Source of the DNA: Longimicrobiales bacterium
GTDB lineage: Bacteria > Gemmatimonadota > Gemmatimonadetes > Longimicrobiales > Gaopeijiaceae
Direction: 5' to 3'
DNA: 64,000 bases
Assembly: GCA_965116905.1 (NCBI GenBank)
Contig: OZ220732.1
Span: 160,001 to 224,000 of the forward strand
Positions 19,198 to 30,800 of this stretch are shown here, one piece after another. How positions within the stretch are numbered: the first letter of the stretch is position 1; the number at the start of each line of letters is the position of its first letter. The translations under genes were made by a program, and so were the position numbers. Under the pieces are notes generated by a model that was not told the DNA's origin, did not search any database, and worked only from the letters and a program-made list of their open reading frames with translations.

Positions 19198-19950
19198 ATG
19201 ACGAAACCGAGCCCGATTCACCCGCTCATCCCCTCGTTGGCCGTCCTGTGCGCGTCCGCCGCGACTGCGTTGCCGGCCAACGCTCAGCAGGAGAAGCCTG
19301 CGTGCAACGACGACGAGGCCCGGATCGTCGGGGTGATTGTCGACGCCACGACCGAAGCTCCGCTGGCGGGTGCGCACGCGTCGGTGGAAGTCTCGGAGTG
19401 GGGATCGTTGACCACCGACGATGGCCGCTTTCTGCTGTGCGGGCTCGGGGCGGGTATCCACGTGGTTACCGTCGAGAGGCTGGGATACGTGACGCTGGAG
19501 TCCCCGATCGAGGCCAACGCAACGGGGGAGCCGGTGGCCCTTCCCATGCGCCCCGACCCGGTGCTTCTGGAAGGCCTCGAGATCGTTTCCGACCGATTCG
19601 AGCGCCGGCGGCGGGCTGTGGCGACCTCGGTGAGGGCCTTCGATGAGGAGACGATCGCGAGCAGCGGCTACTGGTCGGCCGCCGACTTCGTGGACCTGCG
19701 TGCGGGGGTCATCACGACTCCGTGCGGCATGAGCCGGTGCGTCTACTACCGGGGACAAAGGGTCAGTCCGCGCGTGTACCTCGACGAATTCCCGTTGATG
19801 GGGGGGTGGTCGGAGCTGGAGACGATTCCGACCAGCATGCTATACATGGTCGAGGTCTACCGCAGGGGAACCCATATTCGGGCCTACACCCACCACTTCA
19901 TGAAGCGGGCTGCAACGGTTCGGCTGGCTCCCATGATGATCTGGGACTAG
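19198..19950 (+). CDS. Carboxypeptidase-regulatory-like domain plus plug-like C-terminus (no barrel)
   Basis: Signal peptide; GVIVDATT.APL.GA, TDDGRF, ERLGY; C-terminal VYLDE..LETIP...MVEVY. Confidence 0.72.
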   Translation: MTKPSPIHPLIPSLAVLCASAATALPANAQQEKPACNDDEARIVGVIVDATTEAPLAGAHASVEVSEWGSLTTDDGRFLLCGLGAGIHVVTVERLGYVTLESPIEANATGEPVALPMRPDPVLLEGLEIVSDRFERRRRAVATSVRAFDEETIASSGYWSAADFVDLRAGVITTPCGMSRCVYYRGQRVSPRVYLDEFPLMGGWSELETIPTSMLYMVEVYRRGTHIRAYTHHFMKRAATVRLAPMMIWD

Positions 19951-19968
19951 CGCCGCTGCGGCGGCCTT

Positions 19969-20013
19969 GTCCACCCACCGCTGGTCCACCCACCGCTCGT
20001 GCGCCCACCGCTG
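19969..20013. repeat. 15-bp tandem repeat x3
   Basis: GTCCACCCACCGCTG / GTCCACCCACCGCTC / GTGCGCCCACCGCTG between convergent genes. Confidence 0.8.
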
Positions 20014-20015
20014 GT

Positions 20016-21770
20016 CTAGTGCGCCCACCCAAGCCCCTCCCGGAGCTCGCCCACAAAGGTGCGCAGTCCGCGGCGCACGACCGAGCGGAGAAAGAGGCTT
20101 GCCAGCAGTAGCAGGCTGATCTGCTGGAGCAGGCCGGGCAACTCTTCCGTAAGGGCCGCCAGCGACGGAACGGATAGGGCACCGAAGGCGGTGTTGACCG
20201 CGATCCCGGATCCGACCGCCAGCAGCACCATGGTTGCGGCGAACGAGATCGCGGCGCGTCTGCCGTGCAGGCTGCTCAGCAGACCCAGCGTGGAGATGTT
20301 GGTGGCCGGTCCCGTGATGAGAAAGGCGATACCGGCACCGGGAGACAGGCCCGTCGCCAGAAACGCGGCGACCAGCGGCGTGGCGGAGGCGGCGCACACA
20401 TAGGTCGGGAAACCGAGAAGGGCGAAGAGGAGGACATCGGCCACCGGCGGCAGACTGCCCAGCCAGCCGCTTTCCAGGAGCGGGGTCACGAGGGCGGCCA
20501 CGCCGAGCCCGAGCAGGATCCATGGAGCCGTGTGATCGACGACCTCGCCGGTCCCGGTCCGCAGCGCGGCGGCAAGACGACGGGGCACGTCCGGCCGGTC
20601 ACCCGGCACGCTCACCGACTCCGGAGCACGTTCGGAGCTCCGCAGCCGGCCTCCGATCCACCACCCCACGAGCAGCGCAACCAGGGCCGCGGTCCCCAGC
20701 CGCAACAGGGTCACCTGAGGTCCCAGCAACGGGATGGACAGCAGGATCGCGTCGAGGCCCAGTTCCGGCGTGGCCACGAGGAACGCGATGGCGGCGGCTG
20801 GCGGGGCGCCTCTCTTGATCAGGCTTCTGTAAAGGGGCACGACCCCGCACGAACAGATGGGGAAGGGCAGCCCGATGAGCATGCCCCGCCCCGCTTGTGA
20901 CATCGCGCCGCCCCGCTCCATCCAGCGCACGGACCGCTGCGGGAGGAACGCGCTGAGCAACCCCGCGCACAGGTACGCCAGCAGGAGCGCGGGCGCGCTT
21001 TCCGCAGACAGGACGTACAGGCGCGAAAGGAACGCCGTGGCCCCGCCCACCTCTTCCACCCCTCCTGGTGGAGCTTCCATGCGCAAGGTGTGGACAGCCA
21101 GAAGCAATGCCACGGCAACGACCGCCCCCCAACCTTCACGGCGCCGGTCCCGCGACCCGTGCACCACCTCGCGCTGATGCATCACGACATGGACAAGAGA
21201 CCCGCCGACGGCCGCCTGAAACAGTCGTGCTCCCCCCACATCCGCCATGCTCAGCGCGCCCGCCAGCGCACCCGCACCCGCAAGCGCATAGCCGGCCACG
21301 GTCGCAGCCATCAGCAGGACGAGCGCACCGGTCGCGGCCCGTCTGTTCTCCTCCTTCGTGACAAGCCACCACACCGCCACGCCCACCGGCAGACGGTGCA
21401 GTATGGCAGCCAGAGGGAGCGAGATGGGCGCTTCAGGAGATAGAGTCGCCAGCACCGCCCCATCCAGCGCCGCGTGGAGAGCGACCCCGGTGAGACCGGC
21501 CAGCAGTGCCCATCGGTGAGTCCTCGCGCCCGCCCACCGGTTGGTTCGCTCGGCCCAAACGGGGATTGCAAACCCTGCCGCGAGAGCGAGGAGGACGCTC
21601 CAGTCCCCCTCCCCCAACGCCGAGGGCACGAACTCCAGGAAGATCAATCCCGGGATGGCGACCATGACGAGGCCGTCCAGCACCGGGGCGAATCCGCGTC
21701 GATGCCCCGTGCACTTTTCGAGTACGGGACCCGCTGCCAGGGCCAGTGCGGCGGCAATCAGCCAGGACAT
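20016..21770 (-). CDS. Metal permease (ArsP/DUF318 family) with ZIP-like N-terminal domain
   Basis: C-half PICSCGVVP, FLVATPELG, YVCA..ATP, FLITGPATN; N-half LHAALDG and LHRLPVG. Confidence 0.8.
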   Translation of the reverse strand: MSWLIAAALALAAGPVLEKCTGHRRGFAPVLDGLVMVAIPGLIFLEFVPSALGEGDWSVLLALAAGFAIPVWAERTNRWAGARTHRWALLAGLTGVALHAALDGAVLATLSPEAPISLPLAAILHRLPVGVAVWWLVTKEENRRAATGALVLLMAATVAGYALAGAGALAGALSMADVGGARLFQAAVGGSLVHVVMHQREVVHGSRDRRREGWGAVVAVALLLAVHTLRMEAPPGGVEEVGGATAFLSRLYVLSAESAPALLLAYLCAGLLSAFLPQRSVRWMERGGAMSQAGRGMLIGLPFPICSCGVVPLYRSLIKRGAPPAAAIAFLVATPELGLDAILLSIPLLGPQVTLLRLGTAALVALLVGWWIGGRLRSSERAPESVSVPGDRPDVPRRLAAALRTGTGEVVDHTAPWILLGLGVAALVTPLLESGWLGSLPPVADVLLFALLGFPTYVCAASATPLVAAFLATGLSPGAGIAFLITGPATNISTLGLLSSLHGRRAAISFAATMVLLAVGSGIAVNTAFGALSVPSLAALTEELPGLLQQISLLLLASLFLRSVVRRGLRTFVGELREGLGWAH

Positions 21771-21897
21771 GTCACCAAGGGTCAAAACGCTATCTTCGTT
21801 TGCACCGGAACGCTATTTTGGGGAACGCTGCCACGCTATTCCGCCCGGCTCTCTCCGACAAACCGCAAACCCGCGGTTCGATCTGAAAGCTGACGAA

Positions 21898-24800
21898 ATG
21901 TCGAATCCGACCTCCGAACCTATCGCGATCACAGGCATGGCGTGCCGCTTCCCCGGAGCCGACGACATCGAGGCCTTCTGGCGCCTGCTCGAATCCGGCG
22001 GCAACGCAGTCGCGGAAGGGGTGCCCGGTTCGGGGATCGGACGGTGGGGACAGATCTTCGGGGACCGAGCGGTCCAGAGTGAAGCCTGCCGCTTCGGCGC
22101 CTTCGTGGAAGACATCGACCAGTTCGACGACTCGTTCTTCCGGATTTCACCGGTCGAGGCCCAGTTCCTGGACCCGCAGCAGCGCATGATGCTTGAGGTG
22201 ACCTGGCAGGCTCTCGAGGACGCCGGGATCAACCCGGATCGACTGCGAGGCAGCCGCACGGGTGTCTACAGCGGGATCAGCAACGACGAGTATCGGATGC
22301 TGGTCGTGGAGTCCGCCAAACCCTCCGAGGCCGCCGCGAGCCTCTACGCGCTGAGCGGCACCAACCTGAACGGCACCGCCGGACGGGTCTCGTTCGTGCT
22401 CGGGCTGACCGGGCCGGCGAAGGCTGTGGACGCGGCCTGTGCGTCGGCAATGGTGGCCATCCACGACGCGGTGGCCGACCTCCAGCAGGGCAAGGCCAAT
22501 CTGGCCATTGCGGGCGGCGTGCAAGCCATCCTCAACGGGCGGATCTACGAACTGCGCGCGGACGCGATGATGCTGTCCCCCGATGGACAGTGCAAGACGT
22601 TCGATGCGTCCGCGAACGGCTACGTGAGGGGTGAGGGTTGCGGTGTCGTCATTCTGAAGCGCCTGAGCGACGCGGAAGCCGACGGTGACCGGATCTGGGC
22701 GGTGATCCGCAGTGCGGTGATGAATCACGGGGGAACCGGCGTCGGGCTGACGGTCCCCAATACCCCCGCGCTGGAGCAGGTGATGACGGACGCGCTCGCC
22801 CAGGCCGGCGTTGCGCCGACGGAGGTGGACTACCTGGAGGCGCACGGCACCGGAACGGCGGTCGGGGATCCGATCGAACTCAATGCCGTGGCCAACGTCT
22901 ACGGGCCGGCGCGCCCGGCGGACCACCCGATCCTGATCGGCTCGGTGAAGACCAACGTCGGCCACCTGGAGTCCGCCGCGGGGGTCGCCGGCCTGATCAA
23001 GGCGGCGCTCGTGGTGAAGCGCGGGGTGATCCCGAAGCACCTGCACTTCCATGACCCCAACCCGGAGTTCGACTGGAATCGGGCGCCGCTGCGGGTGACC
23101 TCGACCATGATGGACTGGCCGGACCGATCCGGGCGGCCGCGGCTGGCGGGAGTCAACTGCTTCGGGATCTCCGGAACGAACGCCCATCTCCTTGTGGAGG
23201 AGTACCGGCCCCGGGAGGCGGCGGCACACCTGGGCAGTGTAGCGGGCGCGGCGGCTGCGGCCACGCAGCGGCCCGGCCGCCTCCTGCCTCTGTCCGGCAA
23301 GGTGGAAGCCGCCTTGCAGGAGCTGGCGGAGCGCTACCTGTCCTGGCTCGACGAACGTGCCGGGGAGCTCGCGCCGCGCAGCGAGGCCTCCGACAAAGGG
23401 GCTCCCGATCCGCTGCTGTCGGACATGGCGTGGACCGCAGGCGTGGGACGAAGTCACTTCGACCACCGTGCGGCCATCGTCTTCCGCGACGTCAGGTCGC
23501 TGAGAGAGCAGTTGAAGTCCGTGGCGGAAACGGCCCGCGCCGACGGCATCCCAACTCCCCCAACCAGGGTCGCCTTCGCATACACCGGTCAGGGCAGCCA
23601 GTGGTCGGGCATGGGGCAGGCGCTCTACGAGAACGAGCCCGTGGCAAGATCGGTCATGGACCGCTGCGAGGCCGTATTCCGGGAGGAACGGGGAGCATCC
23701 CTGCTGGACGTGATGTTCGGCCGGGCCGCAGCGGAACAGGGCGACCTGGGCGAAACCGCCTGGGAGCAGCCGGCTCTCTACACTCTGGAGAGCGCACTCA
23801 CAGCGCTCTGGGCGAGCGTGGGGGTACAGCCCGCCGTGGTGTTGGGACACAGCGTCGGGGAGATTGCCGCGGCCCAGGCGGCGGGCGTGTTCAGCCTGGA
23901 GGACGGGATGCGGTTCGCGTGTGCGCGCGGAGCGCTGATGTCGGGCATGGAGCCGGGTGCCATGGCCGCGGTCTTCGCGCCGCCTCAACGGGTTCAGGCG
24001 GCCGTAGACGCCTTGAATGCGGCTTCGGACGGGGTCGGTGTGGATATTTCCGCCGACAACGGCGCGCACCAGGTGGTCAGCGGACCGGCAGGGGGAATCG
24101 AGGCGGTGTCCAGGCAGCTGGAGTCGGAAGGGGTTCGGGTCCGGCGGCTGAATACGACGAAGGCGTTCCACAGCGCCCTGGTCGAGCCGATTCTCGACGC
24201 GCTGGGAGCGACACTCGACGGCATGGAGATCTCCGAGCCCACGCTCACGGTCGTGAGCAATCTGACCGGCCGGGCTGTCGAGCCAGGTCAGACGCTCGAC
24301 GGCAGTTATTGGCGTCGCCACGCGCGGCGGGCCGTGGCCTTCGCCGGCGGCGTCAGGACCCTGGCAGAGCTCGGGGTGGATCTGGTCATTGAAATCGGTC
24401 CGCGCCCGGTGCTGGCCCCAATGGCGCTGTCCGCCTGGCCCGAGTCCCCCGGCGCACCCGCGCCAGGTGTGCTGTCAAGCCTGCAACCGCCGTCCGCCGA
24501 TGCGTCGGCGACGCCGGGTTCGGGCTTCTTCGTTCAGGCCGTCGCGGAGGCGTACGAGGCGGGCCTTCCGGTTCGCTTCGAGGGCTTGTTCGCAGGAGAA
24601 TCACGTCGGCGGATCTCGCTCCCGAGCTACCCCTTCCAGCGCACGCATCACTGGCTGGAGGCCCCGAGGCGGCGGCGCGGGGGAGCCGGACATCCTCTAT
24701 TGGGCGACCGGCACGAGTCCGCGCGCGGGGAACTCACCTTCGAGACCGAACTGTTCCCGTCGGACCCCCCGTGGCTGGACGACCATCGCGTCTTCGACAG

Positions 24801-27800
24801 GGTGATCGCCCCGGGCGCGCTCTACGGCGCGATGGCGGCGTCCGCTGCTCTCGTCGAGGGCGGCGGAACGGTTGTCGTGGAGGACTTCCAGCTCCACAAC
24901 GCACTGGTCTTCCCCGAAGAGGACTCGGCCGACGGCAGCGGCGACGCGGGTCGCCGGCTCCAGTTGGTGCTCGATGCATCCGACGAGCCGTCGGCCGGCG
25001 TCCAGATCTACAGCAAGGGAAGCGAAGGCGGTTGGACCCAGCACGTGGAAGGGCGCATTTCGTCGGGCGGCCGGGTGCCGGAGGCCGACGAGCGACTGGA
25101 TCTCGACGGGCTCAGGGCCGGTCTCGCACCCGTGGAAGTGGACCGCTACTACCGTGCCAGAGCGGACACGGGCGTAGATCTCGGCCCCTCCTTCCGAACC
25201 CTGGCCAGGGCATGGTCCCGACCGGGGGAGGCGCTCAGCGAGGTTTCCCTGCCGGAGGGCCTTGCGCCGGACGGCCTCGACGTTCATCCCCTGGTGCTGG
25301 ACGGCTGCTTCCAGACCGTGGGGGTCGCGCGCGATCTCTCCGGCCCGCACGGCTCGGTGACCTACCTGCCCTTCGGCTGGGAGAGGTTCTGGCTGACGAG
25401 CGGGCGACTCCCGGACCGGGTGATGTGCCATGTGCGCCTGAGCGAGGACTCGCGTGACGCCGACACCGACCAGGGCGACGCACCGGAGGTCCTGACCGCG
25501 GAACTGCGCATCTACAGCCAGAGCGGCGTGCAGCTCGGCGGCCTGAGCGGCTATACGATCAAGCGGGCGACTCCGGCCGCATTGCTCTCGGCGGTCGACG
25601 GCGTCAAGGATCTTCTGTACGACGTCCAGTGGCGCGAGCGTCCCCTTCCACCGGGAATGCCGTCCGCCGACTTCTTCCCGGCCCCCGCAGACGTCAAGGC
25701 CGGCGCACAGCTGTTCACGGGGTACCTTGCGGACGCCGGCGTGGATCCCGACGACCGCGACGCGCTGCTTGCGGATCTGGAGACATGGTCGTGGTCATAC
25801 GCGCTGGCCACGCTGGACCGACTTGGATGGCGCCGCCGGCCGGGCACGCTCGTGGATGCCGAGGAGTTGCGTGAGCAGCTTGCAGTAGACGCGGATCACC
25901 AGCGGCTCTTCCGCCGGATGCTCGAGATGGCCGCCAAGGCGGGCGTGCTGCGTGAAGAGGACGACGGCCGTTTCGCGGTGCTCGCGGGGTCGGAAGATCC
26001 GTGGCCCGAAACGTTGCCGCGAGAACCCGAAGACCACGCCGCCGTCATGACGGACCGCTACCCCAGCGGACTGATCGAGGTCGGGCTGTTCCGCAGGTCC
26101 GGCAGCGCGCTGGCCGACGTGCTGCGCGGTCGCGAGGACCCTCTGACGCTGTTGTTCAGCAGTGGTGAGCCGACCGCGGCCGACCTCTACCTCAAGGCAC
26201 CGGTGGCGCGAGCGGCGAACCAGATGCTGGCCGAGGCCGTGCAGGCGCTTGTGGCGACCCTGCCGGAGGGCCGTCGCCTGAGGGTGATCGAGGTCGGAGC
26301 GGGGACCGGGTCGGCGACGGCATCCGTTCTTCCCGAACTGCCGGAAGGACGATTCGACTACGTCTACACCGACATTTCCGCAGGCTTCTTCGCCGAGGCC
26401 GAGGCGCGATTCGGCGATGGCGGGGGTTGCATCGAGTACCGTCCGCTGGATATCGAAAAGGACCCGGTCGCCCAGGGTTTCGACGCGCACGGCTATGACG
26501 TGATCATCGCGTCCAACGTGCTGCACGCAACCCGCTATCTCGAAGAGACGCTCGCCCACTGCCGGAGACTCCTGGCGCCATCAGGGCAGATCATCGCCCT
26601 CGAGAACCTCAGTGGGCTGGGGTGGATGGACTTGACCTTCGGCCAGCTCGACGGCTGGTGGCGGTTCGCCGACGACTACCGCCCGCATCACGCCCTCGCG
26701 TCGCCCGCCGTGTGGCGGCAGGCGCTCTCCGATGCGGGGTTCGAAGCGACCGAAGTCCTGGGTGTGGATGAGTCGGACTCGACGCGCATCCCCGACAAGG
26801 GCGTCATCGTCACGCAGGGTCCGACGAGGGTGACGGAGCCCGCGGGTGTGTGGATTCTCGCTGCTGACCGGGGCGGCAGGGCGGCGGCGCTGGCTGCCGA
26901 CCTGGCGGCCAGGAACCAGACAGTCCTGCTGGCAAGTGGCGAAGGGCCGGAAGATGCGCTGCCCGACGCGGCGCGTCCCGGCGTTTTCCGCGTGCGGGTC
27001 GACATGGAGCGGCGCGAGTCGTGGCGGTCGGTGGTCGAAGGGCTGCCGCCCGGCACGGCGCTCAGCGGGCTCGCGCACTTCCTGTCGCTCGACGGTCACG
27101 ATGGTGGCGCAACGACCGACGAGGTCGGAGAAGACGTCGCGCGGTCCGGCGCGAGCGCGCTGGCCATGGTGCAGGGCGTGGGCGACGCGGACGCAACCCC
27201 CGAGAAGGGCGTCTGGTTCGTAACGCGCGGCGCGCAGGTGCTCGAGCGCGAACGCGGCGGACAGCTGTGCGGCGCGGCACTCTGGGGCTTCGGCAAGGCG
27301 GTGGCCCGGGAGGCCGGACACCTGCAGCCCGGAATGATCGATCTGGACCCGGGTTTGGGCGCGCCCGCACCGGACCTCGCCAACGAACTGATGTATCCCG
27401 ACAGCGAGAATCATATCGTCTTCCGCTCGGGACGCCGTCAGGTCGCTCGCCTCGTGCGCGCCGGCGACGGAGCGGAGCGACTGACCCTGCCCGACGATCC
27501 GGAGTGGGTTCTGGCGCCGGATCCGGCCGGAATCTTCGACCGGCCGTATGTCCAGCCCTTGCCGGCACGCGCCCTGGAGCCCCGCGAGGTTCGGGTCGCG
27601 GTCGCGGCCGCCGGGCTCAACTTCTGGGACGTCTTCAGGTCGCTCGGCTTCATCGAGGAGGGACTCCTGGGAAGGGAGATGTGCGGCCACATCCTCGATA
27701 TCGGGTCCGAAGTCACCACCGTCTCCGTTGGCGACCAGGTCGTCGGACTGGGGTTCGGCGCCTTCGGCCCCAGGATGATCACGCACGAGGAGCTGGTGGC

Positions 27801-30800
27801 GCCCGCACCCGCCGGAATCTCGGTGACGGGGCTGGCGACGATACCGAGCGCATTCGTGTCGGCCGTACTGTCCTTTGAACTGTCCGGGCTCGAGGCCGGG
27901 GAGCGCGTGCTGATCCACGCCGGCGCGGGCGGGGTGGGCCTCGCCGCCATCCAGCTCGTTCAGGCCGCGGGAGCCGAGGTCTTCGCCACTGCCAGCGCGC
28001 CGAAACAGGCCTATCTCCGGTCGCTGGGCGTGGAGCACGTATTCGACAGCCGCGCCACGGATTTCGCCGCCGAGATCATGGAGGCAACCGATGGCGCCGG
28101 TGTCGACATCGTGCTCAACAGCCTGACCGGAGAGGGCTTCATCGACGCCAGCCTGTCCTGCCTGAAACACGGCGGCCGCTTCGTGGAAATGGCCAGGCGT
28201 GACATCCTGACAGAGGACGAAATGGCCGCGGCGCGCCCCGACGTCGGGTATGACATTCTCGAGCTGGACGTGCTCAAGAAGACCGACCCGGAGTGGGTGG
28301 GGAGGGTCCTGCGGGGGGTGATGCGACGAGTCGCGGCGGGCGAGCTGAAGCCGATCGTCCACAGCAGGTGGCCGTTGGCGGAGGCCGGGGCCGCACTGAG
28401 TTTCATGCGGGCGGCGCGGCACCTTGGGAAGATCGTCGTGACCACGCCGCCGGTGGAAAACGGACGCCTGCGGCCCGACCGGACCTACCTGGTCACCGGC
28501 GGTCTCGGCGGGATCGGGTGCGCCGTGGCGGGATGGCTGGCGGATCGGGGCGCCGGCGCCATCGTGCTCAACGGGCGCCGTCCCCCCGACACCGAGGCCG
28601 AAGAGACCATCCGGGAGCTTCGGGAACGTGGTGTGGACGTGCGTGTGGAACTCGCGGACGTCACCGATACCCGCGCGGTGGACGGCATTCTGTCACGAAT
28701 CGACAGGGAGCTGCCCCCGCTCGGAGGCGTGATCCACAGCGTCGGCGTGTTGTCGGACGGTGCGCTGACAAACCAGGACTGGGGCCGGTTCGAGACGGTG
28801 CTCCGGCCCAAGATCCTCGGGGCCTGGCACCTGCATCGCGCGACCCTGGACCGTGACCTGGACATGTTCGTCCTCTTCTCGAGCCGCGTCGGAGTCATGG
28901 GCAATCCGGGCCAGGCCAACCACGCCGCCGCCAACGCGTTCCTCGACCAGCTCGCCGGTCACCGCAGGGCGCTCGGACTGCCGGGACAGGCCATCGCATG
29001 GGGGGCCTGGTCGGAGATTGGCGAGGCGGCGGAACAGCGGGAGCGGATCGACCGGCAGCGCTCGGCACTCGGCGGTCGCTGGTTCACACCGGCGCAGGGA
29101 CTGAAGGCCTTCGACCGGTTGGTGCGCGAGGACGTCACGCACTCCGTCGTGATGTCCATGGACTGGTCGGTCTTCGAAAAGGCCGTGGACGAGCGCCCGC
29201 CCCTGGTGGAGGACCTGCTTTCGGCGGCCGACGAGACCGCGGACGACGGCGCGAGCGTCCCCAGGGACCTGCTGTCGCGCGCCCGGGAAACACCCGCGTC
29301 CGAGCGCGAGAACGTCGTGGTCTCCTTCCTGCAGGGCGAGGTCCAGGCCGTCCTGCGTCTGCCATCCGCTCCCGCGCCCAAGGTCGGGTTCTTCGACCTG
29401 GGCATGGACTCGCTGATGGCCGTGGAGCTGCGCAACAGGCTCAACCGGGCGCTTGCCGGCGTCTACACGGCACCCAACACCCTCGTCTTCGACTATCCGG
29501 ACATCGCCACCCTCGCCGCACACCTGGTCGAGGAGCTCGTCGATGACGGCGGGGCGAGCGCGCCTCAGCCTCAACCGGAACCTGCGGCGCAGTCCTCTGC
29601 CGAACCGGCCGCACAGGCCCACGCCCAAGCGGCAGTGCAATCCGACGACGATGCGATCGCGATCGTGGGCATGGCGTGCCGCTTCCCCGACGCCCCCGAT
29701 CTCGCTGCGTACTGGCGTCTCCTCGACGACGCAAAGGACCTGGTGACCGACGGACGCCGGGATGCGGGTCCCTGGAACGGCGTCGCCGGCAACCCCGGCG
29801 AGGGCGACCGCTTCTCACGGCGCGGAGCGTTTCTCGAGGACATCGACAAGTTCGACGCCAGGTTCTTCGGGATTCGGCCGATCGAAGCACGCATGATGGA
29901 TCCCCGCCAGCGGCTACTGCTGGAAACCACCTGGCACGCCCTGGAAGACGCGGGCGTGGACCCCGAACGGCTGAAGGGCAGCCGCACCGGCGTCTATGTC
30001 GGAACCGGCAACGGTGACTACCGGGATGTTGTCGTCGCGGGCGGCGAGACCCACGGATACCTCGGCACCACCATCAGCGTCACCGCGGGGAGGATCTCGT
30101 TCGCGCTGGGCCTCACCGGCCCGGCGGTCCCACTGGACCTCGCATGCGCGTCGTCGCTGGCGGCCGTTCACCAGGCGGCTTCCGCGCTGCGGCAGGGCGA
30201 GGTCGATTCGGCACTTGTCGGAGGCGTCAACGCGATCCTGTCGTCGGAGATCACGACCTTCATGAGAGAGGCCGGCATGCTGTCCACACAGGGCCGCTGC
30301 AGCACCTTCGACGCGGCGGCGGATGGATTCGTGCGCGGCGAAGGGTGCGGCGTGGTCGTGCTGAAGCGCCTGACCGAGGCCAGGGAGGACGGCGACCGCA
30401 TCTGGGGCGTCATTCGGGGATCCGCGGTCAACCAGAACGGGACCAGCGCCGGGTTGACGGTTCCGAACGGGCCGGCCCAGGAGCGCGTGATCGAGGACGC
30501 GCTGGCCGTTGCCGGAGTCCAGCCCGCCGAGGTCGACTACCTCGAGGCCCACGGGGCGGGATCGGACCTGGGAGATCCGATCGAAGTACGCGCCGCAGCG
30601 GCCGTGTACGGGCGCGGGCGGGATCCCGGCCACCCCCTGCTGATCGGTTCCGTGAAGACGAACATCGGACACTCGGAGGCTGCCGCGGGCGTGGCCAGCC
30701 TGATCAAGGCCGTCCTGGCCATGAACGAGGGCCGGATCCCCAGGCAGTTGCACTTCCACGACCCCAGCCCGCACCTCGAGTGGGACCGTCTTCCGGTGCG

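Noticed and set aside
21541..21897. N-terminal extension of the PKS in the ORF track
   Set aside because: Overlaps the divergent permease gene; the KS begins just after ATG 21898 (MSNPTSEPIAI)
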